Shown here one piece after another: positions 29,841 to 39,046 of a stretch of DNA of 64,000 bases (position 1 is its first letter; every line of letters begins with the position of its first letter). The stretch is from Planctomycetota bacterium. GTDB taxonomy: Bacteria; Planctomycetota; PLA2; JAEUHO01. The translations under genes and the position numbers were made by a program. The notes below the pieces were generated by a model that made no database searches, was not told the origin of the DNA, and saw only the letters and a program-made list of their open reading frames with translations. The stretch is taken from positions 166,299-230,298 of the forward strand of contig CBDCWP010000010.1 of NCBI GenBank assembly GCA_965223505.1. Direction: 5' to 3'.

Positions 29841-31973
29841 ATGGCTACCCGCAAGACCGTGTTCGTCGCGATCGTCGTCGGCATCGCGTGTGTCGTGGCG
29901 GTTCAGGTGTCGGCGCAGGAGGGGCTGCCGGAGCGCAGTCCCGGCACCGTACGCCTCGAAGGAGACCCGGACGGTCTGCCGGAGTACACGATCGTCAAAG
30001 CGTTCCCGAATCTGCGGTTCGAGCGGCCGACGTGCATTGCGAGCCCGCGCGACGGCTCGGACTCGCTGTTCGTCGCGGAGCAGGACGGCCGGATCAAGGG
30101 CTTCGAGAACGATCGCGACACCAAGAAGACCTGGGTGGCGCTCGACATCCGGAAGAAGGTCTCGCGTCAACACAACGAGGAGGGCCTGCTGGGTCTCGCC
30201 TTCGATCCGGCGTTCAAGAAGAACCGCGCCGTCTTCGCGTACTACAGCACGTCGGAGCCGCGGCGGACGGTGCTGATGCGCTACAAGGCGACGTCGAACC
30301 GCCGGTACTTCGATCGACGCAGCGAGTCGTTGGTGCTGCGTCAGCGGCAACCAACCGGCAGCCACAACGGTGGCTGCATGGCCTTCGGTCCCGACGGCAT
30401 GTTGTACCTGTCCATCGGTGACGGCGGCGAGGCCGGCGATCCGCACGGCCATGGCCAGAACCTGCAGGACTGGCTCGGCACGATCTTGCGCATCGACGTG
30501 AGCGGCGCACAGCGCTTCGCGGTGCCGCCCGACAATCCCTTTGCCAACACCCAGCACGTTCGGCCGGAGATCTGGGCGTACGGCTTCGCGAACGTCCGGG
30601 GCCTCGGATTCGACAGCGTCACCGGCGACCTGTGGGCCAGCGACGCGGGCGCCGGCAAGTTCGAGGAGATCAACCACGTCCGGGCGGGTTCGAACTACGG
30701 CTGGCCGCTTCGCGAGGGCGCGGACGTTCACAGCAAGGGGAACGCGTTGACGCCCCTGCGGGGGCCCGTTGCGGTGTTCCCGCGCGGCACCGCGCGGCGA
30801 CTGGTGGGCGGCATCGTCTATCGCGGCCGGCGTCTGCCGCAGCTCGTCGGCGCGTATCTCTGCGCCGACTACGAGACCGGCACGATGTGGGCGCTGCGCT
30901 TCGACGGGACGCGCGTCAAGGAACGACGTCGGCTGGGCCGCGCGCCCGGCATCACGCACTTCGGAACGGACGCAGCGGGGGAGGTGCTCTGCACGGCCGC
31001 TGACGGCTACGTCTACACGCTCGCGCCGTGGAGCGGGGACAAGTCCAAGGCCGTCTTCCCGCAACGTCTGTCCGAGACGGGTCTCTTCAGCGACATCGCG
31101 TCGGTGACGCCGATCCCGGCGTTGATCCCGTACGACGTGAGCACGCCGCTCTGGTCGGACGGCGCCGGCAAGTCGCGGTTCGTCATGCTGCCCGATCTCG
31201 AGAAAGTCAAGATCGCCAAGGACGGCACGTACGACTTCCCGGTGGGCACGATCTTCGTCAAGCACTTCTTCCAGGGTGCGACGATCGAATCGGCGTTTCG
31301 CCGCCTGGAGACGCGGCTGTACACGCGCGGCGCGGAGGGATGGGCCGGCTACACGTACGTGTGGTCGGACGACCGGTCGGACGCGTTCCTCATCGACGGT
31401 CGTGTGGAGAAGACGTTTCAAAGCGACGGAAAGGTGTCGAAGTGGACGTTCCCGAGTCGCGGCGACTGCTCCAGCTGCCACACTGCCGTCGCCAACGAGA
31501 TCCTCGGCTTCCGGCGCGAGCAGCTCGACATCTCGATGAAGTACGGCGACCTGGAGATGAACCAGCTCGACGCGCTGGAGGCGATGGGAGTGTTCGAGGG
31601 CAAGAACAAGCGCAAGCACACCTGGCCGGCGTGGCCGGCGGAGGGCGAGGACCTCGACAGGCAGGTGCGGGCCTACCTCGACGCCAATTGCGCGATGTGC
31701 CACCAGCCGGACGGCCCGGGGAACGCCAACATCGACCTGCGCTACGACACGCCGTTGAAGAAGACGAACGTGCTTGATCGCAAGCCGGGCATGTGGAACC
31801 TCGGGGTCTTCGACGCGCGGCTCATCGCGCCGGGCGATCCGGAGCGGTCGATCCTGTACCTACGCATGAAGCGCACCGACCTGAAGGGCATGCCGACGAT
31901 CGCGCACAACATCCCGGACGAGAACGCGCTCGCGCGCATCGAGAAGTGGATCCGGGCGATGCCGAAGAAGTAG
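29841..31973 (+). CDS. PQQ-dependent sugar dehydrogenase (GSDH) fused to diheme cytochrome c, paralog 2
   Basis: EEGLLGLAF, SHNGGCMAFGPDGMLY, EIWAYG, GSNYGW; CSSCH and CAMCH; colinear with 16704-18863. Confidence 0.9.
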   Translation: MATRKTVFVAIVVGIACVVAVQVSAQEGLPERSPGTVRLEGDPDGLPEYTIVKAFPNLRFERPTCIASPRDGSDSLFVAEQDGRIKGFENDRDTKKTWVALDIRKKVSRQHNEEGLLGLAFDPAFKKNRAVFAYYSTSEPRRTVLMRYKATSNRRYFDRRSESLVLRQRQPTGSHNGGCMAFGPDGMLYLSIGDGGEAGDPHGHGQNLQDWLGTILRIDVSGAQRFAVPPDNPFANTQHVRPEIWAYGFANVRGLGFDSVTGDLWASDAGAGKFEEINHVRAGSNYGWPLREGADVHSKGNALTPLRGPVAVFPRGTARRLVGGIVYRGRRLPQLVGAYLCADYETGTMWALRFDGTRVKERRRLGRAPGITHFGTDAAGEVLCTAADGYVYTLAPWSGDKSKAVFPQRLSETGLFSDIASVTPIPALIPYDVSTPLWSDGAGKSRFVMLPDLEKVKIAKDGTYDFPVGTIFVKHFFQGATIESAFRRLETRLYTRGAEGWAGYTYVWSDDRSDAFLIDGRVEKTFQSDGKVSKWTFPSRGDCSSCHTAVANEILGFRREQLDISMKYGDLEMNQLDALEAMGVFEGKNKRKHTWPAWPAEGEDLDRQVRAYLDANCAMCHQPDGPGNANIDLRYDTPLKKTNVLDRKPGMWNLGVFDARLIAPGDPERSILYLRMKRTDLKGMPTIAHNIPDENALARIEKWIRAMPKK

Positions 31974-31980
31974 CCGCCGG

Positions 31981-32751
31981 CTATTTCTTCTTCGCGGCCT
32001 TCTTCTTGGCGGCCTTCTTGGCCGCCTTCTTCTTCGCAGCCTTCTTCTTCACAGCCTTCTTGGCCGCTTTCTTCTTGGCCGCCTTCTTCTTCGAAGCCTT
32101 CTTCTTCGCTGCCTTCTTCTTCGAAGCCTTCTTCTTGGCGGCCTTTTTCTTCGCGGCCTTCGGCGCCTTCTTGGCCGCCTTCTTCTTCTTGGCCTTCGCC
32201 CGCAGCTGGCGTCGTAGCTCCAACGCGCGCTTGCGGGTCTTCTCCTTCAGCGCCGCACGGTTGGCCTCGGCTTCGGCGAGCGCCTCCGCGGACGGCGCGG
32301 ACTGCATGTCCTCGGGCATGCTGACGTCCGGTCCGTGGTCGAGCGCCTCGCGCGCGCCGCTGAGGCGACGATCCCACACCTCGATCTCCTCGGGCCGGAT
32401 GTGAGGCCAGATCTTGGACCGCATCTGGAGCGACAGAATGCCGATCACGGTCAGCTGGTGCCGGAGGGTCATTCCGGGAATTCCGGCCGCCGGCACGTCG
32501 GGCCAGATGCCGGGGTTCTTCGCCGGGGGCACGTCGGGCGGGTAGGGATCCCCGAACCCGGGCAGCATGGGCAGGAACATGGAGGAGTACGCACGCTGGA
32601 CCCGCCGGCCCCATTCTTCACGCTCCGGACCGGCGTGATACCCCAGCTGCCGCATCTCCCGGCAGATCCAGATGAGGTAGTCGAGGATCGACCGGAGGGT
32701 CTCGCCGGGCCGCACCTGCGACTCGATTTCCGGCCATGCGGTGTTCAACAC
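31981..32751 (-). CDS. Hypothetical protein with histone H1-like Lys/Ala tail
   Basis: RBS AGGGAGG near a GTG/TTG start; C-terminal ~70 aa of KKAAKK repeats. Confidence 0.7.
   Translation of the reverse strand: MLNTAWPEIESQVRPGETLRSILDYLIWICREMRQLGYHAGPEREEWGRRVQRAYSSMFLPMLPGFGDPYPPDVPPAKNPGIWPDVPAAGIPGMTLRHQLTVIGILSLQMRSKIWPHIRPEEIEVWDRRLSGAREALDHGPDVSMPEDMQSAPSAEALAEAEANRAALKEKTRKRALELRRQLRAKAKKKKAAKKAPKAAKKKAAKKKASKKKAAKKKASKKKAAKKKAAKKAVKKKAAKKKAAKKAAKKKAAKKK
31984..32197 (-). repeat. Low-complexity tandem repeat encoding K/A motifs
   Basis: Repeated gccttcttctt / gccttcttggc units on the + strand. Confidence 0.85.
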
Positions 32752-33042
32752 GTCCTCCCTGTCCCGTTGGCGAGGCAGGATCCAGGGCCAGGGTGAGAAT
32801 TGCAAGCATCCTGCCACCAGGCCGTTTCGGTCGCACGAACCAAAGTCCATGAAACGAAAGGACTTGTGGAGATCCGCATTTCTCCTGCCGCGGCTCGCCC
32901 CCTGGTCGCGAGGAAGGCGAAGGAGTAAGGTGGCCGTCGAGACGCGGGAACGGGCCTTCCCTGTTGCCGGGGCGCCCCTCTTGCGACGTTCGCCGAGTCC
33001 CCCGGCGTTCCCGCCGTGCTCATCCGCATGGAGCCCTTCCAC

Positions 33043-33567
33043 ATGTCGCGGGTACGCGTCCGCCTACGCATGGACGAGCTGCGCCTCGAATTCGAGGGCG
33101 AGCAACGCTTCTTCGACCGTTGGGTCGCTCCGCTGATGGAGATCGCCTACGAGCGGCGCGACGTCGCGGTGTCCGCCAACGCGGGCGACGGCGCGAGCGT
33201 GCCGAGAACGGGATCGGCACCGCCCGAGCCGTCCCACAAGACCGGCGAGCCCGAGGGCTACCTGCCGCAGTCCGTGCACTTCGCCAAGTTCCTGCGCCAG
33301 GTGGGGGACCGGGCGCCCCAGCCGGACCAGCAGGTCATGGCGTTCGCGTTCTTCCTGTGGAACTACGAGCAGATCGAGATCTGGGGCCTCGAGGAGATCC
33401 GCGGATGCTTCGGGGCCGTCGGGCTGCCGGTGCCCGACGACATCGGTGCGATGCTCGACGATCTCGCACGGCGGCGACGCTTCCTCGAGTCCGCCGGAGA
33501 CGGTGCCTGGCGGTCGACCCGCAAAGGCGTCAACTACGTCAAGAACCGGCTGCTGGCGCCGCCGTAG
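33043..33567 (+). CDS. Hypothetical protein, possible C-terminal winged helix
   Basis: GC3-biased ORF; C-terminus LDDLARRRRFLESAGDGAWRSTRKGVNYV. Confidence 0.65.
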   Translation: MSRVRVRLRMDELRLEFEGEQRFFDRWVAPLMEIAYERRDVAVSANAGDGASVPRTGSAPPEPSHKTGEPEGYLPQSVHFAKFLRQVGDRAPQPDQQVMAFAFFLWNYEQIEIWGLEEIRGCFGAVGLPVPDDIGAMLDDLARRRRFLESAGDGAWRSTRKGVNYVKNRLLAPP

Positions 33568-33610
33568 GGGAGGCGGTCGAGCCCGCCGCGTGCGGATGCC
33601 GCGCCGCGTC

Positions 33611-34264
33611 CTACTTCTTCTTGGCCGCCCGGATCGCGACGAGGCCGCCGTTCGGGCCCGGAACGCCGCCCTTCACGTACAGCAGGTTCTTCTCGGCGTC
33701 GACACGCAACACCTCGACGTTCTGCACCGTGATGCGCGTGTTCCCGTACTGACCCGACATCCGCGTCCCACGCAACGTGTGCTGCGGCTTGCGGCTTCCG
33801 ATCGAGCCCGCGTGACGGACGAAGAAGTGCGAGCCGTGCGACTCCTTCAACGTGGCGAAGTTGTGGCGCTTCACCACACCCGCGTAGCCGCGGCCCTTCA
33901 TCGTTCCGATCAGGTCCACGTAGTCGCCTTCGTCGAACACGTCGCACGTGATCGACTCGCCTACCGCCGGCGCGTTCTCGACGGCGTCGTCACCCGTCAG
34001 GCGCACCTCACGCAGGAAACGGACACTGTCGATGCCCGCCTTCTTGAAGTGCCCCTTCATCGGCTTCGTCGTGCGCTTGTCGCGCTTGGCCGTGAAGCCG
34101 ATCTGGATCGCGTCGTACCCGTCGGTCGCGGCGGTCTTGCGCTGGACCACGGGACACGGTCCCGCCTCGATGAGGGTGCAGGCGATCGCCTCGCCGTCTT
34201 CGCGGAAGACCCGGGTCATGCCGATCTTCTTGCCCAAGATGCCCTTGTTGATCATGGTCGCCAT
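33611..34264 (-). CDS. rplC: 50S ribosomal protein L3 (stand-alone)
   Basis: GILGKKIGMTRVF, DGYDAIQIGF, KGRGYAGVVKRHNF, HAGSIG, LLYVKGGVPGPNG. Confidence 0.97.
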   Translation of the reverse strand: MATMINKGILGKKIGMTRVFREDGEAIACTLIEAGPCPVVQRKTAATDGYDAIQIGFTAKRDKRTTKPMKGHFKKAGIDSVRFLREVRLTGDDAVENAPAVGESITCDVFDEGDYVDLIGTMKGRGYAGVVKRHNFATLKESHGSHFFVRHAGSIGSRKPQHTLRGTRMSGQYGNTRITVQNVEVLRVDAEKNLLYVKGGVPGPNGGLVAIRAAKKK

Positions 34265-34369
34265 GGTGCGTACCTCTCCTGTGGTGGGTCCTCCAGGGGC
34301 GGATCGCCTCGACGTACGGCAGCGGGCGAGCCGCCGCATTGGTCGATTCCCGGAAGACGGGCCGCGCGG

Positions 34370-34397
34370 AGACTAGGCGCGGGTAGACGGCCGTCAA
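34370..34397 (-). promoter_or_regulatory. Sigma70-type promoter of rplC
   Basis: TTGACG-N16-TAGTCT on the minus strand, about 105 nt upstream of the rplC start. Confidence 0.5.
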
Positions 34398-34471
34398 GAA
34401 ACGGCCGTTTGGGGCCGGAGCCAGGACCATCGTTGCCGGTGGCGGAAGCTGGGATTCGCCGTCCGGGCGGG

Positions 34472-34497
34472 GGAACATGGGCCCCTCCACAGGCGTC
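34472..34497 (+). promoter_or_regulatory. ECF sigma-type promoter
   Basis: GGAAC-N17-CGTC ending 26 nt before the anti-sigma-like ORF. Confidence 0.4.
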
Positions 34498-34523
34498 TTT
34501 CGGGGGACCGGAATCACACCCGT

Positions 34524-34931
34524 ATGAACGATCTCAACGACCAAGCCCGACGCCCCACGGACCTCGAGACCGAGGAAATGGCCGTGGCGGGATGGATGGC
34601 TCACTTGCGCCGCGTCGACGCCCCCGCTCACCTGCGGGCGGCCGTCGAGGTGGCGATCCTGCCCCGAGCAGGCACACGCTGGGGTACGGGACGTTGGTCC
34701 GTAGCCGTGGCGGCCATGCTTCTCATGGGGCTGGGCGTGGCGGCGCTGGGCTCGACGGCCGGCGACGTCGGCGAGACGTCGGCGCCGGCGCCGGTGGCGG
34801 TGCACCAGGTCCACGGCGGGCCCGCGGGCAACGTGGTGGTCGTGGACGACCCGAACATGGTCCTGTTCCACGGCGTCGAGACCTTCGACAGCCTGGGCAG
34901 CGGCGGCCCCGGGATGCTCGCGGATCGGTAG
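34524..34931 (+). CDS. Anti-sigma factor-like single-pass membrane protein (RseA-like)
   Basis: LRRVDAPAHLRAAV cytoplasmic part, one TM helix; lies upstream of an RseB-like gene. Confidence 0.5.
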   Translation: MNDLNDQARRPTDLETEEMAVAGWMAHLRRVDAPAHLRAAVEVAILPRAGTRWGTGRWSVAVAAMLLMGLGVAALGSTAGDVGETSAPAPVAVHQVHGGPAGNVVVVDDPNMVLFHGVETFDSLGSGGPGMLADR

Positions 34932-35052
34932 CAGTGTTCCGAGCAACGGCTTGGTCCATGCGCGGATACGATCGGTTTCCGGAAACCGTGGCTGGTTGGC
35001 GGTCGGATCGGCCCATGGGGTCGCGCGGACCGGTGGCGCTAGGAACTGAGGC

Positions 35053-36166
35053 ATGAATCGATCCGGCTTGCTCGCGCTCGCTGCGATTGCCGCGCTCGGC
35101 GCGGTCATCTTCCTCGTTCCGGAACGCAAGGAGACCAGGGCGCCGTTCTCGACGCAGGGCCTCGGTCGGTTCCTCAAACAGGGGCCGTCGGAAGGCAAGT
35201 GGGAGCTCTGCAAGCTCTCCAGCTGTTTCGCGCTCTTCGTCGCGCCGCATCCGACCGAGGACGAAGAGCTGCTCGTCGGCACCGACGGCCCGTGCTCGAC
35301 CGGCGACGCCTGCCACGCCGTGCCGCGCCGGAAGATCACACGTCTCATGTTCGAGGCGTCGGCCGATCTGTTCTTCCGCAACTACGCCCGGCGCGGTTTC
35401 GCGCAGCGCGACACGCTCGACGACGGCACCGTCGCCATGCACGCCGTCTGGGTGCCGAGATTCGACCCGGAGGGCATGTCGGCGCGCCACGTCTGGTTCG
35501 AGGAGTCGACCGGCAACGTGATCCAGGTCCAGGACGTGTCGCGCAACGGCCATCCGATCCGCACCATTCGGCGCCTCTCCGTCGACACGGAGGACTGGGA
35601 TCCGGCGACGTTCGACCCGAACTTGAAGCAATCGGAATGGGCGCCCGCGTGCGGCAGCGAGACCGTCGAGTCGGTGGACGAGCTGGATCGCATCGTCGCC
35701 CTCGCGCCGTTCCCCATGCTGGTGCCGGACACCCTGCCCAAGGGCTACGAGCTGGTGCGCGCTACGTATCAGGAGTGCAACATCCGGCCGTTCAACGCGC
35801 AGCAGGGCGCGCCGGGCTTGGCCGCCCAGCTGGCCACGCTGCTCTACTCCGACGGCATGGGGCTGATCTCCATCGCGATCTCGCCCCAGGACGACATGGA
35901 CGCCATCGAGGCGCAGTACGGGCGTCAGATGGCGCAGGTGAACCCGGACGATCCGCAGGCGTGCCCCGGGCTGCCCGCCGAACCGCAGTCGATCCGCACG
36001 GGCGGCGGGGTCGTGCGCATGCGCACCGACAAGTGCCGAACGGTCGTGCGTCGCGACGGCATCCACGGGCGTCAGCGTGATGATGATCACGCGTAACGAA
36101 CGCGCCGTGGAGGAGTACCTGGACGTCGTGATGAGCTTGCGCAAGGTCGACGCGCCCACGAAGTAG
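35053..36166 (+). CDS. MucB/RseB-like periplasmic protein; one +1 frameshift near 36068
   Basis: VWFEESTGNVIQ, VPDTLPKGYEL, LLYSDGMGLISI; removing one G restores GVSVMMITRNERAVEEYLDVVMSLRKVDAPTK*. Confidence 0.65.
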
Positions 36167-36311
36167 AGAAAACTAGACTCACGTGTCACCGGAACGTCCG
36201 ACGCCGGCGTGAATCCATCGTGAATCGCTGCGGCACGCGGTAGCTTCGGCCCGACTCATGGAGCAGTGGGGCTTCATGACGACTTCGAAGTCCCCGTGAG
36301 GCCGACCTCCC

Positions 36312-37634
36312 TTGTATCGAGTCTTTCTCGCACTTCGCTACCTCCGTAGCCGACTCGTCAACCTGATCTCGGTCGGCGGCGTGGCGGCGGGCGTCGCGGT
36401 GCTGATCGTCGTCGTGGCCATCATGGACGGCTTCCAGGAGCGCGTGCGCAAGGTGGCGCGCGGCAACCTCTCCGATCTCACGATGTTCCCCGTTCCCGCG
36501 CCCGACGGCGTCGGGAACGGCGAGTGGCCGCCGCCGTTCACGGACATGGACAAGAAGATCCGCGGCGCTGACGAGCGGGTCGAGGCGACCGCGCCGCAGA
36601 TGCGGGTCGTCGTGGGGTACTTCCACGAGACGCGCAAGGTCACCGGCGGTTTCGTGCACCAGGGCAAGCAGGTGCACATCATGGAGGCGACCGGCATCAT
36701 CTGGGACCGCGAGCGGCAGGTCTCGGACCTCGAGCGCAACCTGCTGGCGGCCCACGACTACAACGACCCGTTCCGGCATCCCCTGGAGGAACGCGGCAAG
36801 CGCACCGTGCTGATCAGCCGGCGATTCGCGGAGGTCTTCTTCGGGGTCGAGGACGGGTGGCAGCGGCTCGTGGACGGGGCGGCGGACCTCCCGCTGCACG
36901 TGCTCGTCGAGCGTTCCGACGGGTCGCTCAACCCGGACAGCTACAACCTGGTCATCTCGGGCGTCTACGACGGGCAGGACGCGACGCAGGACATCAACCG
37001 GGTGTTCATCGAGCTTCCCTCGCTGCGTGAGATGGCCAACCGCACGGACGAATACACGGAGATCAAGGTCCGTCTTCAGCACACGGACCAGGGCGTGGCA
37101 GCGAAGAAGGTCATGAACGACACGTTTCCGGGTTTCGACACCGTGACGTGGGAAGACCAGCAGCGCACGTTCCTGCAGGCCGTCGAGAACGAGAAGGTGC
37201 TGCTGGTCATCGTGCTCTCGTTCATCGTCCTGCTGGGCGGGTTCATCATCCTGGCCACGCTCACGCTCACCGTCGTCGAAAAGACGCGCGACATCGGCAT
37301 TCTCGGCGCGCTCGGCGCCTCGCGAACCGGCGTCCTGACCGTCTTCCTGTGGACCGGTCTGCTCATCGGAATTCTGGGGTCGCTGATCGGCCTCGGGCTC
37401 GGCTATTGGTTCACGATGAACGTGAACGAGGTGAAGGACTTCCTCAAGTCCGCGTTCGACATCGACATCTTCCCGCAGGAGATCTACCGCTTCCGGGACA
37501 TCCCCACGGTCTGGGATTGGCCGAGCTGCTTCAAAATCATGACCGGCAGCACGCTGATGGCGTTCTTCGCCGGTTTCCTTCCCGCGTTGCGCGCGGCGCG
37601 ACAGGACCCCATCAAGGCGCTGCGCCATGAGTGA
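36312..37634 (+). CDS. lolE: Lipoprotein-releasing ABC permease LolC/E
   Basis: FLALRYLRSR, GVAVLIVVVAIMDGF, VVEKTRDIGILGALGA, PALRAARQDPIKALRHE. Confidence 0.9.
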   Translation: MYRVFLALRYLRSRLVNLISVGGVAAGVAVLIVVVAIMDGFQERVRKVARGNLSDLTMFPVPAPDGVGNGEWPPPFTDMDKKIRGADERVEATAPQMRVVVGYFHETRKVTGGFVHQGKQVHIMEATGIIWDRERQVSDLERNLLAAHDYNDPFRHPLEERGKRTVLISRRFAEVFFGVEDGWQRLVDGAADLPLHVLVERSDGSLNPDSYNLVISGVYDGQDATQDINRVFIELPSLREMANRTDEYTEIKVRLQHTDQGVAAKKVMNDTFPGFDTVTWEDQQRTFLQAVENEKVLLVIVLSFIVLLGGFIILATLTLTVVEKTRDIGILGALGASRTGVLTVFLWTGLLIGILGSLIGLGLGYWFTMNVNEVKDFLKSAFDIDIFPQEIYRFRDIPTVWDWPSCFKIMTGSTLMAFFAGFLPALRAARQDPIKALRHE

Positions 37635-38415
37635 TGCCATGGAACCGAGCTTCGACGCACCGAGCCGCGAGGACGCCGCGGTGATGCTACCGCTGCTGGT
37701 CGCGAAGAACGTGCACAAGCACTACAAGATCGGCGGCCACAAGCTCGAGGTGCTGCGCGGGGTGGATCTCGAAGTGCGCGAGGGCGAGATTCTCGCGATC
37801 CTCGGCAAGAGCGGCTGCGGCAAGAGCACCCTGTTGCACGTGCTCGGTTGGCTCGACGCGGTGAACGAAGGCAAGATCTACTTCGACGGCAAGGACCGCG
37901 CGTCCCAGCCTGCCGGCGAACGGGCGCGCCTGCGCAACCGGGTGATGGGCTTCGTCTTCCAGTTCTATCACCTGATGCCGGAGCTCAACGCGCTCGAGAA
38001 CGTGATGCTCCCGTCGATGATCCGGTACGGGTCGTTCGCGTGGCGGGGCGCGAAACGCGAAGTGCGGGAACGTGCGCGGGACCTGCTCGCCATGGTCGGG
38101 CTGAGCGAGCGGATCAAGCACCGGCCGCGGCATCTCTCGGGCGGGGAGCGCCAGCGCGTGGCGATCGCGCGCGCGCTGCAGAACGAACCCCGGTTCCTGT
38201 TCTGCGACGAGCCGACGGGCAACCTCGACGGTCGCACGGCCGAGGAGGTGCGGGAGCTGCTGTGGCGCCTCAACGCCGAAAACCGCCAGACGATGGTGGT
38301 CGTGACGCACGACGCGAAGCTGGCAAGGCAGGCCGACCGCATCGTGCACTTGGTGGACGGGCGCGTGAGCACCGAGAGCGAGCCGGAGCTGGTCGAGGAG
38401 ATCGACCTCGAGTAG
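37627..38415 (+). CDS. lolD: Lipoprotein-releasing ABC ATPase
   Basis: GKSGCGKST, GFVFQFYHL, LSGGERQRVAIARAL, CDEPTGNLD. Confidence 0.92.
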   Translation: MSDAMEPSFDAPSREDAAVMLPLLVAKNVHKHYKIGGHKLEVLRGVDLEVREGEILAILGKSGCGKSTLLHVLGWLDAVNEGKIYFDGKDRASQPAGERARLRNRVMGFVFQFYHLMPELNALENVMLPSMIRYGSFAWRGAKREVRERARDLLAMVGLSERIKHRPRHLSGGERQRVAIARALQNEPRFLFCDEPTGNLDGRTAEEVRELLWRLNAENRQTMVVVTHDAKLARQADRIVHLVDGRVSTESEPELVEEIDLE

Positions 38416-38425
38416 GCGACGTTCT

Positions 38426-39043
38426 CTATCGCTTGCGGCGCATTCGTTCCGCGGCGGGGGATCGGTGGGGCCCCTTTGCGTACCGCGGCATGCCGATGAC
38501 CTCGCTCCAGAGAATCGCCGTTCGCAGGGCCTGCCGTTCTTCACGACGACGGATCCCGAGACGGCGCATCGCGCGGCGCCGACGGATCTGAGCCGACGTC
38601 TGCGACACGACCGCGGCGACGCCGGACGACTTGAGCCGCACGAGCGTGCGTCCGCCGACCGTCTCCGTCGTGAGATCCCTGCCGAGCTCGTCCGCGACGA
38701 GCGACCGAGCGCGCGGGACGGGCGGGGACGGTGGAACGGGCGCCTCCAGCTCGATCGGTTCCGGCGCGCCGTGCGCGTGCGCACGCTGCGGCGGCGGGGG
38801 CGGCGGCTTCTCCTCGGTCTCGACGTCGAGGAAGCCCTCGGCGAGCGCCTTCGCCGTCGCCTCGAACCCGCGACGCAGCCGTGACGGCTGCTTCTGCTGC
38901 TTCGTCTCGTCGTTCCGCTTGTCCTGCCGCGCGCGCTCCTCCCGCGTCTCCACGATCGTCTTGATGATCCAGCCGATCAACGCCACCAGGACGAAGATCA
39001 GCTGGCCCCAGTCGCCGATCGCGGAGAGCTCGAGGTGCGGCAT
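38426..39043 (-). CDS. Hypothetical membrane-anchored protein (YqfB-like position after floA)
   Basis: N-terminal TM; C-terminal LRTAILWSEVIGMP motif. Confidence 0.7.
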   Translation of the reverse strand: MPHLELSAIGDWGQLIFVLVALIGWIIKTIVETREERARQDKRNDETKQQKQPSRLRRGFEATAKALAEGFLDVETEEKPPPPPPQRAHAHGAPEPIELEAPVPPSPPVPRARSLVADELGRDLTTETVGGRTLVRLKSSGVAAVVSQTSAQIRRRRAMRRLGIRRREERQALRTAILWSEVIGMPRYAKGPHRSPAAERMRRKR

Positions 39044-39046
39044 CGC

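Noticed and set aside
16704..31973. Composite transposon bounded by the two GSDH genes
   Set aside because: The copies are diverged paralogs, not identical repeats; no transposase or inverted repeats.
31984..32197. CRISPR-like or non-coding repeat array
   Set aside because: Units are short, spacer-less and in frame, encoding a Lys/Ala tail; no cas genes.
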